DNA of 64,000 bases from Spirochaetia bacterium (GTDB lineage: Bacteria > Spirochaetota > Spirochaetia > CADAEX01). The position numbers were made by a program, and so were the translations under genes. The stretch lies in assembly GCA_963662265.2 (NCBI GenBank), contig CAXXHA010000003.1:61942-125941 (forward strand). The letters are read 5' to 3'. The notes beneath the pieces were generated by a model. The model was not told the origin of the DNA. It did not search any database and saw nothing but the letters and a program-made list of their open reading frames with translations. This document shows positions 20,465 through 31,311 of this stretch, in pieces (the first letter of the stretch is position 1; every line of letters begins with the position of its first letter).

Positions 20465-21142
20465 TTACCTGAAATTATAATCAGGATCTGTGATTGCACC
20501 GCCTCTTTCCATTTTCGAGTCCCTTATTCTTTCATAATCAGTTTCACTTAAAAATTCAGGAGAGTATTTCCCGCCCGACCTTGAAAGCTGCCTGCTGAAA
20601 GATCTCAGATGATTCCGGGAACCTTTCATGAGATTCTGGTATGTTATTTTGATATCTTTGTTATTGCTTATTCCTATTTCATCCATGAGATCTTTAATAT
20701 CTTTCTCCTCGACAAGAAGTGCATTTTCAAGTGCCTTTTCATAGGATTTCATCCCTTCATCAAGAAGATCTGAGTATAGTTTTTCAAGATCGCTGTTTTT
20801 AAAGCTGCTGCTTCCTGATGGCTCCGGAAGAGGCACATCATATCTTTCAAGCAGATATTTTACTGCATCCATGTGTGTCTGCTCACTCCTTGAAATATTT
20901 CTGAAAATATTTTTTCCCCATTTATCATAAAGTGAGGCATAAAAATCCCTTGCAAGCTTTTCCTCCTCATAGAGAAAGAGAAGACCCATTTTTTCCTCAT
21001 TGGAAAGTTCTTCTTTTTCTGTCTGTTGTATTACAGATTTCAGGTTGGAATCTGTTCTGTTTCCTTTTGCCTGAGCATTTGCATTAAGCACAGGAACAAG
21101 CATTACTGCTGTCAGCAGTATCAAGATTATTCTGTTTTTCAT
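20465..21142 (-). CDS. Exported ferritin-like DUF2202 protein
   Basis: Signal peptide; EEEKLARD.Y, F.NI.RSEQTHMDAV, EEKDI.DL and GSRNHLRSF. Confidence 0.85.
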   Translation of the reverse strand: MKNRIILILLTAVMLVPVLNANAQAKGNRTDSNLKSVIQQTEKEELSNEEKMGLLFLYEEEKLARDFYASLYDKWGKNIFRNISRSEQTHMDAVKYLLERYDVPLPEPSGSSSFKNSDLEKLYSDLLDEGMKSYEKALENALLVEEKDIKDLMDEIGISNNKDIKITYQNLMKGSRNHLRSFSRQLSRSGGKYSPEFLSETDYERIRDSKMERGGAITDPDYNFR

Positions 21143-21721
21143 GTTAATCTCCTCTACGCTTTATTAACACTTCCTTTCAGGAAGTCTCTGTAGCTAATGA
21201 TAAAAACAAGGTTTTTATCATTTCTTCTTTCACGTTTTCGAGCACTTTTGTAATCAAAAGTCTCTGACTTCTGCTGAAAAACAGGTTTTTCAGCAGAACA
21301 CCTGTAACCGTGTTTCAATATTAATATTATTATAATATGTGTAGGGGGTTTTCAGAAATCATGAAGATTCTGTGAAGTTGAAAGTTATTTTGTTTTCCCT
21401 GAAAATGGGTAAATAAGATGTGTTTTAAAAAACAAATTATACCTGTAGCCGAATATTGATCATTTATTTTTACTTTAAAAAAGCTTCCCCCCTTAAGATT
21501 ATGGCATTAAATCAGGGGAGAAGACAGGGAAAATATAAAAGGTGTGGATTTATAATAACAGCTGTTAAACAGCCGGTATAACCTGTATTTAACAGACTGC
21601 TGCCTGTTAAACACTGCTGATCTGTAACAGTTTTGCCGGATCAGCAGGATTATCTGATATTTATATCAACCTGATATAAATATCTTTCAGTTTTTTATCC
21701 AGTTTATGACTGGATAATTTC

Positions 21722-22807
21722 TTAACAGTATTTCCTTCTGAAGTTATTCATGAAATCTGCAAGCTTTTCCGCATCGGAAAGAGGAAGAGAATTATATGTA
21801 GATGCTCTCAAGCCTCCAACACTCTTATGCCCTTTTAAACCGATAAGATTTTCTGATCCGCTTTCTTCGAGGAATTTCGCTTCGAGAGAACTGTCCTTCA
21901 TTGTAAAGACGATATTCATGAGCGACCTGTTTTTCTTTTCCACGGGGCAGTTGTAAAATCCTTCGCTTGAGTCAATTGCATTGTAAATAAAATCAGCTTT
22001 CTTTTCATTGTTGAGTGCAGTCTGCTCAAGCCCGCCGTTTTTTTTCATCCTTTCAAGCACAAGCTTCAGGGCCCAGATCGGAAAAACCGGAGGAGTATTG
22101 TAGAGTGAATTGTTTTTTGCGTGGGAGTTGTAGTTAAGATATGCAGGAAGATCTTCAGGTGATCTTTCAAGAAGATCATCTCTTACTATAGCGATGGTAA
22201 CGCCTGAAGGTCCGAGGTTTTTCTGGGCTCCCGCATAAATCATGCCGAATTTTTCCACATCCACCGGGCGGCTCAGGATATCGCTTGACATGTCGCAGAT
22301 AAGCGGGATTCTTCCGGTTTCAGGCCAGTTTTTCCACTGTATTCCGCCAATTGTCTCATTTGATGTTATATACAGGTATGATGAGTTATTTGAGAGTTCA
22401 TTCTGAGATATTTCCGGAAGAGAAGTGTAATTATTCTCCGCTCCGTCATAGACAACATTTACCTTGCCTATTTTTACAGCATCATTATAAGCTTTCTTAC
22501 TCCATGCACCTGTAACTGCAAAGTCGCAGATCCTGTTTTCAGTAAGGAAATTCATCGGAATCATACCGAACTGCAGAGTCCCTCCCCCCTGGAGGAAAAG
22601 TACATGGTAGTTTGACGGTATATTGAAAAGTTCCCTGAAAAGTTCTATTGCAGAATTATGGACATCATCATATGTTTTTGATCTGTGACTTGTCTCAATC
22701 AGCGACATTCCGGTATTGTTGAAATCCTTTATTTCTTCAGAAAGCTCCTTAAGTACATCCTCAGGAAGTACAGAAGGGCCTGCGTAAAAATTTGATACTC
22801 TGCTCAT
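21722..22807 (-). CDS. serC: Phosphoserine aminotransferase
   Basis: NFYAGPS, ETSHRS, DMSSD, PLP lysine in YAGAQKNLGP, YNTPP and GHKSVGGLRAS. Confidence 0.96.
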   Translation of the reverse strand: MSRVSNFYAGPSVLPEDVLKELSEEIKDFNNTGMSLIETSHRSKTYDDVHNSAIELFRELFNIPSNYHVLFLQGGGTLQFGMIPMNFLTENRICDFAVTGAWSKKAYNDAVKIGKVNVVYDGAENNYTSLPEISQNELSNNSSYLYITSNETIGGIQWKNWPETGRIPLICDMSSDILSRPVDVEKFGMIYAGAQKNLGPSGVTIAIVRDDLLERSPEDLPAYLNYNSHAKNNSLYNTPPVFPIWALKLVLERMKKNGGLEQTALNNEKKADFIYNAIDSSEGFYNCPVEKKNRSLMNIVFTMKDSSLEAKFLEESGSENLIGLKGHKSVGGLRASTYNSLPLSDAEKLADFMNNFRRKYC

Positions 22808-23685
22808 TAGTTTTCTCCTTTGCTGAAAGATTTAAGAATATTGATTATTTCATTTTCAATTCTTTCGAGGTTTTCTGTTGTTGATGCCCCGATATGCGGA
22901 GTCATGATAACTTTTTCAGTTCTGTAGAGAGGTGTGTTTTCAACAGGCGGTTCAGTTTCCCATACATCTGAAGCATAGTAGCTGATTTTTCCCTCTCCAA
23001 GTGCCTTGTTTATATCTTCTGAATTAACACATCCGCCTCTTGAGGTGTTGATAATAGCTGCACCCTCTTTCATGCAGTCAATAATTTTACTGTTTATGAG
23101 ACCTTTGGTACTTGCTACAAGAGGTATGTGGAGAGAAATATAATCTGCATCTTTTACAGCAGATTCAAGGTCAGGCATAAGAAGAGCATACTCACCCGGA
23201 TTGCCGTCTACTGTGTATGTCTTAACCTTCATTCCGAATGCATGGCATCTTTTTGCCATCTCAAAACCAATATTTCCCATTCCCACGAGACATATTGTTT
23301 TTCCGTAGAGTTCTGTTCTCTTCAGTGATTTCTTGAGCCACTTTCCTTCACTCATGCTGTTGTGCGCATCAATAAGAAGAGACGGAATTGAAATAAGATG
23401 TGCAAAAGCAAGTTCAGCAACAGCAATAGATGATGCTTTGGGAGTGTTTTTTACTGTAATTCCTTTTTCTTCAGCATATTTAAGATCTACATTGTCGAGT
23501 CCCACACCGCCTCTTACAATCAGTTTAAGGTTGGGATATCTGTCAATAAAATCCTTATCAGCCTTTGTCTTGCTTCTGAGCAGAACTGTTTCTGTCTTTT
23601 CTGAAAGCTGATCAGATATATATCCTGATTTCATTATCTTTGATTCAAGATTTTCTGAAAATTTATCTAAAATTGCTACATTCAT
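22807..23685 (-). CDS. serA: D-3-phosphoglycerate dehydrogenase, short form (D-2-hydroxyacid dehydrogenase family)
   Basis: GVGLDNVD, GMGNIG, INTSRGG and TPHIGAST; translationally coupled to serC; no ACT domain. Confidence 0.8.
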   Translation of the reverse strand: MNVAILDKFSENLESKIMKSGYISDQLSEKTETVLLRSKTKADKDFIDRYPNLKLIVRGGVGLDNVDLKYAEEKGITVKNTPKASSIAVAELAFAHLISIPSLLIDAHNSMSEGKWLKKSLKRTELYGKTICLVGMGNIGFEMAKRCHAFGMKVKTYTVDGNPGEYALLMPDLESAVKDADYISLHIPLVASTKGLINSKIIDCMKEGAAIINTSRGGCVNSEDINKALGEGKISYYASDVWETEPPVENTPLYRTEKVIMTPHIGASTTENLERIENEIINILKSFSKGEN

Positions 23686-24035
23686 TGTGATCCTCTTTAT
23701 GAATAGTATGGAATGAAAATGATATTAGTGTAGAAATATTCAGATGTCAATCAGTAAAATGCATAAAGCGTTAAATAATAATACAAATATAGCAAAAAAT
23801 GCATAAAAAGTTATTGCAAATGCATTAAATGCAATATGAAAAAGAGGCTTAATATAGAGGAAAACGGTGCTGTGAAAAACCGCCTGCATTTTTCCCTTCA
23901 GCTTCAGGATTTTTAAGAGAGCGCTTTTGAAATATGGACACGATGCGTATTGATGATATAATCTGTTGATCGGCTGCTGAACTCATGCAGCAGATGATTA
24001 TTTATTTGAGGTTAATTTATTCCTGCGAATTATAA

Positions 24036-25784
24036 ATGCAGGCTGCAGACCGTTTTATGAAAATAAAAAAAATAAAAATACGAATTGCTCTTTATTTCAC
24101 TGCCGGGTTTCTTTTTATAATCCTAATGATTGCCGGTATTTCCACTTATATTTTTTCAACCACACTCATGTCACAGCTCCGGAAGAATATCAAGCAGAAT
24201 GTAAAGATGATTGATTTTGAGCTTGATTCAGGAGTAAACAGGGTTTATGAAATACAGCGGCAGATAGTAAACAACTCACGGCTTAATAACCTTATGAAAA
24301 TAGTTGCAGAATATGACGGCGGTTCCGACAGCAGTGTTAAGGAGATTTCCTCGATAATGAGGGATTTTTCCTATAAAACCATATATACAAATTCAATTCT
24401 CATGTTTAACAAGAAAGGTGTTGTTCTTGATCCGTTTTATCATATTGAACCATACAGCAAAATAATAAGGGAGAATAATGATTTCAGATCTTTTCTCAAG
24501 TCTGAAAAATTCAAGCAGTTTTCACCTCCCTCCACATTCCCTATGAACAGCAGTTTCATGAAGATCAACAGCAGGAAAAATATCACCTATTATGTTCAGT
24601 ATCTGGATAACCGGAATTTCAGGAAACTAGGTTACCTTGCAATAAACATCAGAAATAATTTTCTCTTTGGAAATATTGAAAAGCACTATTCCGGTATTTT
24701 TGATGAGATATTTATTTATGATAAACAGGGGAACACTATATTCTCGATGACTGACAGGTCTTTTTATCATTTCAGGGAGAGCAGTAAATATCTGGTTTAT
24801 GAAAAAAGTGTTTCCGCATACCCCGAATGGAAAATAGCTGTTGCTATATCAACATCAAGCCTTTTCTCTGTGGTACAGAAGGTTCTTGTCAGTATTTATA
24901 TTATTACAATTGTTGGAATAATAATGGCTATTCTAATCGGGTTTTATATCTCCAGCAGCGTTTCAACCCCTATTTATGAAATTAATTCTGCAATCAATAA
25001 ATTTCAGATAACCAGTAAATGGCCTGAACCTCTTACATGCAGGACAGAAGACGAGATGAATTACCTGATCAAGGGGATTAATGGCCTTTTTATAAGTATG
25101 CAGGAACTTGTTGATCAGATTTATGAGGAGCAGGAGGAGAAAAAAAGTGCGGAAGTAAAAGCTGTGGAGCTGCGGCTCCAGCTGCTTCAGTCTCAGATTA
25201 ATCCCCATTTCATACATAACACGCTGAATGCTGTTGAGTGTATAGCGCTTGAACTGGGCGCCGATGATATATGCAGTATGATTAACTCGCTTAACCTTCT
25301 GTTCAGAAACAGTATGGCAATAGACCGGATTTATAATACTGTCGAAGAAGGTATCTGTGCTGTTGAGGCTTTTATAATAATAATGAAATTCCGTTACGGA
25401 GACAGCTTTGAATATAATATTTCTGTTGATGACAGTATAAAAGACTGTCTAGTCCCGAAACTTCTTGTTCAGCCGCTTGTGGAAAATGCACTGTTTCACG
25501 GTTTGCAGCCTAAAGAGGGGCAGGGAAGACTTGATATAAAGGTGACAGAGTGCAGAGACCTGATAAAAATAGAAGTGTCTGATAACGGGGTGGGAATGGA
25601 TGTTGAAAACTATGAAGCCCTGCTTGGAAGATACAGGCGCGGTTTAACCAGTATAGGAATAAACAACATAGTTGAGAGACTTAAATACTGTTATAATGAT
25701 GACGGTAAAATAGATTTTCAGAGTAAAAAAGGGGAAGGCACAACCATAACAATGATGCTTCCCAGGAAACCTTTCAGAGAGTAA
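24036..25784 (+). CDS. YesM/LytS-type sensor histidine kinase
   Basis: TM-periplasmic-TM-HAMP, QSQINPHFIHNTL, QPLVENALFHG and DNGVG. Confidence 0.9.
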   Translation: MQAADRFMKIKKIKIRIALYFTAGFLFIILMIAGISTYIFSTTLMSQLRKNIKQNVKMIDFELDSGVNRVYEIQRQIVNNSRLNNLMKIVAEYDGGSDSSVKEISSIMRDFSYKTIYTNSILMFNKKGVVLDPFYHIEPYSKIIRENNDFRSFLKSEKFKQFSPPSTFPMNSSFMKINSRKNITYYVQYLDNRNFRKLGYLAINIRNNFLFGNIEKHYSGIFDEIFIYDKQGNTIFSMTDRSFYHFRESSKYLVYEKSVSAYPEWKIAVAISTSSLFSVVQKVLVSIYIITIVGIIMAILIGFYISSSVSTPIYEINSAINKFQITSKWPEPLTCRTEDEMNYLIKGINGLFISMQELVDQIYEEQEEKKSAEVKAVELRLQLLQSQINPHFIHNTLNAVECIALELGADDICSMINSLNLLFRNSMAIDRIYNTVEEGICAVEAFIIIMKFRYGDSFEYNISVDDSIKDCLVPKLLVQPLVENALFHGLQPKEGQGRLDIKVTECRDLIKIEVSDNGVGMDVENYEALLGRYRRGLTSIGINNIVERLKYCYNDDGKIDFQSKKGEGTTITMMLPRKPFRE

Positions 25785-25788
25785 TGAT

Positions 25789-27426
25789 GTGACTGACAGA
25801 AAATTTTCAGTTTTTGTAGTTGATGATGAACAGCCGGCAAGGAGAAAGATAGAGCTTCTTCTTGATCAGATTGACAGCCCTTTCAGCTACTCGGGATCTG
25901 CGAGAAATGGCAGGGAAGCTCTTGATGCATACAGGCAGTCAAAACCGGATCTTCTTCTTGTAGATATCCAGATGCCTGTCATGGACGGGCTCGAGTTTAT
26001 CAGGGAAATACGGAAAATTGATGCTTCCCAGGCTGTAATCATTGTCAGCTGTCATGAAAGCTTCTCATATGCAAAAGAAGCAGTTAAGCTTGGTGTTATT
26101 GATTATCTGATAAAAGACCTTCTGACAAGGGATGAACTCTATACAGTTCTGATGAAGGCTGAGAATATACTTGACATCAGGCTTTCTGAAATAAATAAAC
26201 AGTCAGATTTACCTGTTTCGGAGGATTCTCAACCTCAGAACAGGAAAAACAGGAAAAGACACAGCTCTGAACTGCTTAAACTGATAACAGGCAACAGGGA
26301 AAACTGCAATACATGCAGCATGGATTCAGAACGCCTGAATAATTCAGAAGCAGTTTTTCATAAACCGCCATATGCTGCCATCTGTCTCAGCATTGATGAT
26401 TTCAGGAATATCTCTGCAGACAGGGTAAATGTAATAGATCTCATTGATAATATAATTTATTCAGTACTTCAGGAAAACAGCTGGGGGGAATCTGCATACT
26501 GCCAGACAGGAATTTATGCAGCGGCAGTCAGTTTAAGTGAATTTGCGGATGAGGATGATATTATTAAAAACTGCAGTCATATACTGAACTGTATCCGCAG
26601 TGAACTTGAAAAGAAGACTGATATTACTGTTTCTGCCGGTGTTTCAGCTCTTTTTTACAGTATTGATGAACTACCAGACAATTATACAAGGGCATATGAA
26701 CTTCTAAAATACAGAATTTTTCTCGGAGGGGGAAGAACAATTTTCAGTACTGTTCAGATCGCAAAAATACCGTCACTAAAGACGGAAAAAATCGAAATCT
26801 GCCTGGAAAAGATAAAAAAACTTGCTTCAGAAAAACGTTTTCAGAAAGTTGTCTCGTCAATCAGGGAGCTTTATAATACAGAACTTGAAGGGATACTCCA
26901 GTATAATTATATTCAGCATATTCACGCGAACCTTTTTTCAGTTATTATTGATATTTGCAAAAACAACAAAATCTCCTATGATGAAATTTTCGGAAAAAGC
27001 TATCTTCCCGTAGATATTCCTGAAAATTTTAATACTATCGACGAATCAAAAGAATGGTTTACCGGTGTTTTTGACAGGATTATTGAAATACGGAACAGCG
27101 GCAGGGAATGCTGGAGCAGTCATATAAACAAGGCAGTTTCTCTTATCGTCGAGAACCCTAAAATTACTCTACAGGAGCTTTCCGACAGGCTGTTTATCAA
27201 CAAGTCATATCTTTCCAGGCTTTTTAAAAAAGAGACTGGCTGTACTGTACTCGAATATACACTTAAAGTAAGGATAGACAAGGCAAAAAATCTTTTAAAT
27301 GATCCATCGGCAAGGGTAAATGAAGTTGCTGAAAAGCTTGGATATGAATATACACAGCAGTTTACAAGTGACTTCAAGAAGTTTACAGGAATATCCCCGA
27401 CTGAATACCGGAGTGAGATTCTCTGA
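25789..27426 (+). CDS. YesN-type response regulator (REC plus AraC HTH)
   Basis: VVDDE, DIQMPVMDG, YLSRLFKKETG and FKKFTGISPTEYR. Confidence 0.92.
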   Translation: MTDRKFSVFVVDDEQPARRKIELLLDQIDSPFSYSGSARNGREALDAYRQSKPDLLLVDIQMPVMDGLEFIREIRKIDASQAVIIVSCHESFSYAKEAVKLGVIDYLIKDLLTRDELYTVLMKAENILDIRLSEINKQSDLPVSEDSQPQNRKNRKRHSSELLKLITGNRENCNTCSMDSERLNNSEAVFHKPPYAAICLSIDDFRNISADRVNVIDLIDNIIYSVLQENSWGESAYCQTGIYAAAVSLSEFADEDDIIKNCSHILNCIRSELEKKTDITVSAGVSALFYSIDELPDNYTRAYELLKYRIFLGGGRTIFSTVQIAKIPSLKTEKIEICLEKIKKLASEKRFQKVVSSIRELYNTELEGILQYNYIQHIHANLFSVIIDICKNNKISYDEIFGKSYLPVDIPENFNTIDESKEWFTGVFDRIIEIRNSGRECWSSHINKAVSLIVENPKITLQELSDRLFINKSYLSRLFKKETGCTVLEYTLKVRIDKAKNLLNDPSARVNEVAEKLGYEYTQQFTSDFKKFTGISPTEYRSEIL

Positions 27427-27442
27427 TATTTTTACTGAATTT

Positions 27443-27475
27443 AGTCAATATCCAAGAAATTTAAGTCATTATTCA
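27443..27475 (+). promoter_or_regulatory. Tandem direct repeat, probable binding site of the AraC-type response regulator
   Basis: AGTCAATATCCA (27443) and AGTCATTATTCA (27464), 21 bp apart, upstream of the TAXI gene. Confidence 0.5.
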
Positions 27476-27739
27476 TTATTTGCTTCTGAAGATTTCCGTT
27501 TTATGATTTTTCATGTAAAAAGGGAAATGACTTGAGTTTGTGCTGTGTGTGCGTTTTCTGTCTTAAAGATTTCTGCTGTCTGTACAGCTGTAGTCTTTAG
27601 CTCTAATCTCTTTTTACCTGAATTTTATGCATGACTGAATTAACAGTTTTAAAAAACAGATCCTGTTGATTCTGACATGTTAAATACATTTGAAGCAGTT
27701 TCCTTGACTGCTTCCTGTTATTCCAGAAGGGGGAATGAA

Positions 27740-28724
27740 ATGAAAAAACTTTTAACTGTTTTACTTATGCTGATGATCAGCGTTTGTCTTTTTGCAGGAG
27801 GATCTTCTGAAGCGAAATCAGAAGAGGAAAAAGGCGGTTCATATCTTATGGGTACTGGTAGTGCTACAGGTAACTACTATAACTTCGGAAGTGTTCTTGC
27901 ACAGGTAGTAAACACACACACAAATACTAACCTTACTGTTACATCAACAGGCGGTTCAGTTGAAAATGCAAGACTTCTCGGAAGTGCTGAAAACGAATTT
28001 GCAATGATTCAGACTGATGTTACAAAACTATGCTTATACAGGAACTGAGCAGTTCAAAGGCAAACCTGTAAAAGGTTTCTCTGCAATTACTGCATGTTAT
28101 CCAGAAATGGTTCAGATAGTTGTTTCAAAGAAAAGCGGAATTAAATCTGTACTTGATATGAAAGGCAAGAGAATCTGTGTAGGTGCTGCAGGAAGCGGAT
28201 ACGAAGTAGCTGCACGATCAGTACTTGCTGCTCACGGCATGGATTATGATGATATTGATGAAAGATTCCTTTCTGCATCTGAAGGTAAAAATGCGCTTCA
28301 GGATGGTCAGATTGATGCTTTTTTCATGTGTTCAGGATACCCTAACTCAAATGTTGTTGAACTCAGCCTCACAGGCAATATCGATGTAATCAGCATTGAT
28401 GAAAAATACCTCAACATCATGCTTGAAAAATATCCTTTCTATGCACCTTTTACAACAAGCGATGACCAGTACAACGTAGGTCACAAAGTTACAAGTGCAG
28501 CTGTAATGGCAATTCTTGTTGCAAGAGATGATGTTCCAGAGGAAGAAATCTACAACATAACAAAATCTATCTACGATAACCTTGATGAGCTTAAAAGCCT
28601 CAACAGCAAAGCTAACTACATGAGCCTTGACGGTGCTTTCAGAGGTATCGGCGGAAATGTACATTCAGGTGCTGCAAAATACTACAAAGAAGCTGGAATG
28701 GATGTTCCGGACAACGACTTATAG
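27740..28724 (+). CDS. TAXI-family TRAP transporter solute-binding protein (split by a probable indel)
   Basis: MGTGSATGNYY, STGGSVEN, YPEMVQIV, GAAGSG and HSGAAKYYKE; frame change near 28020-28030. Confidence 0.9.
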
Positions 28725-28739
28725 GAATTAAATAAATAT

Positions 28740-28768
28740 TCTGCGGAAGATAATTCTTCCGCAGATTT
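28740..28768 (+). terminator. Hairpin after the TAXI gene
   Basis: TCTGCGGAAGA-TAAT-TCTTCCGCAGA followed by TTT. Confidence 0.65.
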
Positions 28769-29128
28769 CATCGAAAAAGACGGGATAAATTCCTAAGAGG
28801 ACATTGTTTGTCTGAATTGCTTTCAGGCTGCAATTTCTTCAGGGTATTTCAGATTATTCTTTAAGGTGTGGATTCCTTCAGGATATTCCTAAAGGTTAAC
28901 CCGTCATACAGTCCATATCTTACAAACCAATTATACACAGCTGCCTGTTATTTACCTGCTCCTGCAGACCTGATTAAACCTCAGGATAATAAAGGTATGT
29001 CTTAAGGGATTTCATGAAACGGATATTATCCGTGCTGAAAGAGCTTTTATGAGGATATCCTTCTGTACAGCTTGTCTTTCAGGATCATGTTATCGTGTGT
29101 AGGTTGATTAAACAGGAGATAAATCCCA

Positions 29129-31079
29129 ATGGGTTTAAATATATTTGCTAAATATAATAGAACTATTACGGAAGATATCGATTTAACATCAATTGACAGG
29201 GAATCAAAATTCAAGAATTTTGTCGGAAATCAGAAAATTATTCTAACAGTTATTCTTTCGTTTTTTGCCTGTTTTCAGCTATATGCATCTATTACAAACA
29301 GCTTTCCGCAGCAGATTGTAAGATATTCACATCTGGGATTTGCGATAAGTCTTGCATATGTTATGTATCCTGCTACAAAAAAAACAGACAGGAACAAACA
29401 CAGCATTTTTGATCTTTGTATAGCTGTAGGTATTTGCATCAGTGATCGGATATTTTCTTTTTAATTATGAGGCGCTTCAGTTCAGGGCTGGGGCATACAC
29501 CAAAGTTGATGTTGTTATGGCGGCGCTGGGAGTATTTCTTGTACTCACTGCTTGCTGGAGAGTTGTAGGGCCTCCGATTGTAATAATTGCTTCAGCATTT
29601 ATTCTTTACGGGTTTGTAGGTAAATACCTTCCCGGCTTCCTACATCACAGGGGATATTCCCCGCAGCGGATTATAACTCACCTTTTTCTTACAACAGAAG
29701 GGGTAATCGGTAATCCTCTCGGAGTATGTTCAACATTTATATTCCTTTTCATCTTTTTCGGAGCATGTCTCGAAAAAACAGGAATCGGACAGTTTTTCAT
29801 CGATGCTGCAACAAGCGCGGCAGGATGGGCATCAGGGGGACCTGCAAAGGTCTCAGTTCTTTCATCAGCACTTACCGGAACAATAAGCGGATCATCTGTA
29901 TCAAATACAGTAAGTACAGGAAGCTTTACTATCCCGATGATGAAGAAACTCGGATACAAGGGTGAGTTTGCAGCAGCAGTAGAAGCGGCAAGCATCTACA
30001 GGTGGACAGATCATGCCTCCTGTAATGGGTTCAGCAGCATTCCTTATCAGTGATGCAGTAGGAATCCCGTATTCCCAGCTGATGAAACATACAATTGTTC
30101 CGGCACTTCTGTATTTCACAGGTATCTGGGTAATGGTTCATCTTGAAGCAAAAAGAAGGCGGTCTCAAAGGTCTCCCGAAAGAGCAGCTTGCTCCGCTCT
30201 GGCCTTTATTACGGGCAAAAGGACATCTTGTATTACCTCTTGTAGCTATTATCTATTTTATGCTGAGCGGTTTTACAATTACTAGAAGTGCTCTATGGGG
30301 AATCATGATTGCTGTTCTTATTCCATTCTTAAAGAAAGATACGAGAGTACCGGTAAAACAGATTATATCAGCATTACCAGCCGCAGCCAGAGGAATTGTC
30401 AGTGTAGCAACAGCATGTGCTACAGCCGGTATTATTGTGGGCTATGGTAACTCTTACAGGTCTTGGTCAGAGAATCGGTGCCGGTATGTTTGATGTGGTA
30501 GGGGGAAGCCTTATACTGGGTCTGATGTGTGCCATGATGACATCTCTTATTCTCGGAATGGGTGTATCAACAACTTCAAACTACATTATTACAAGTACTG
30601 TAGCAGCCCCGATACTTATAAAGATGGGTATTCCTCTTCTTGCAAGTCATCTGTTTTGCTTCTACTTCGGTATTATTGCAGATATTACACCGCCTGTTGC
30701 TCTTGCAGCTTATGCAGGTTCTGCTATTGCAAAGAGTAATCCGTTTAAAACCGGGGTAAATGCCGCCAAGATTGCAATAGGTGCTTTCATAATTCCGTAC
30801 ATGTTTGCAATATCGCCAAAAATGATTCTTATTGGCGGTACTTTTATGGAAGCTCTTCCAATGATTATAACTGCAATTATCGGGATGATAGGTATAAGCG
30901 GTAGTTTTATCGGCCACCTGTTCGGACCGATAAAAGGGTGGTGGAGACTGATCCTTTTTGCAAGCGGATTCATGCTTGTAATTCCGGGTTTAGCAACTGA
31001 TATTGCCGGTTCTCTTCAGATTGCTTTTGTAATTATCCTTCACAGATTTTTTCTTAATAAGGAAAAAGTGATAAGTTAA
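29129..31079 (+). CDS. TRAP transporter fused 4TM/12TM permease (several probable indels)
   Basis: GGPAKVSV.SSAL.G.ISGSSVSN, MPPVMGSAAF, LILGMG and DITPPVALAAY across five consecutive ORF pieces. Confidence 0.9.
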
Positions 31080-31085
31080 ATATTT

Positions 31086-31113
31086 AAAGGCAGGTTTTTA
31101 TCCTGCCTTTTTT
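31086..31113 (+). terminator. Rho-independent terminator
   Basis: AAAGGCAGG-N7-CCTGCCTTTTTT. Confidence 0.85.
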
Positions 31114-31311
31114 ATTATATCTAATTTATAATTAAAAAAGTGATTTAAAAATTCAGATAAAAACCGGGAAAGTCTTGAAAATATCACATCAGGAATTGTC
31201 AAATTTGTTGTCTGGAATATCATATAGAATAATTCAGGCCGGAACTTAATAATAGGCCTTATTAATGATAATATTGGAATGAATATTATTTATCAGGATA
31301 AGATAAGCAGA

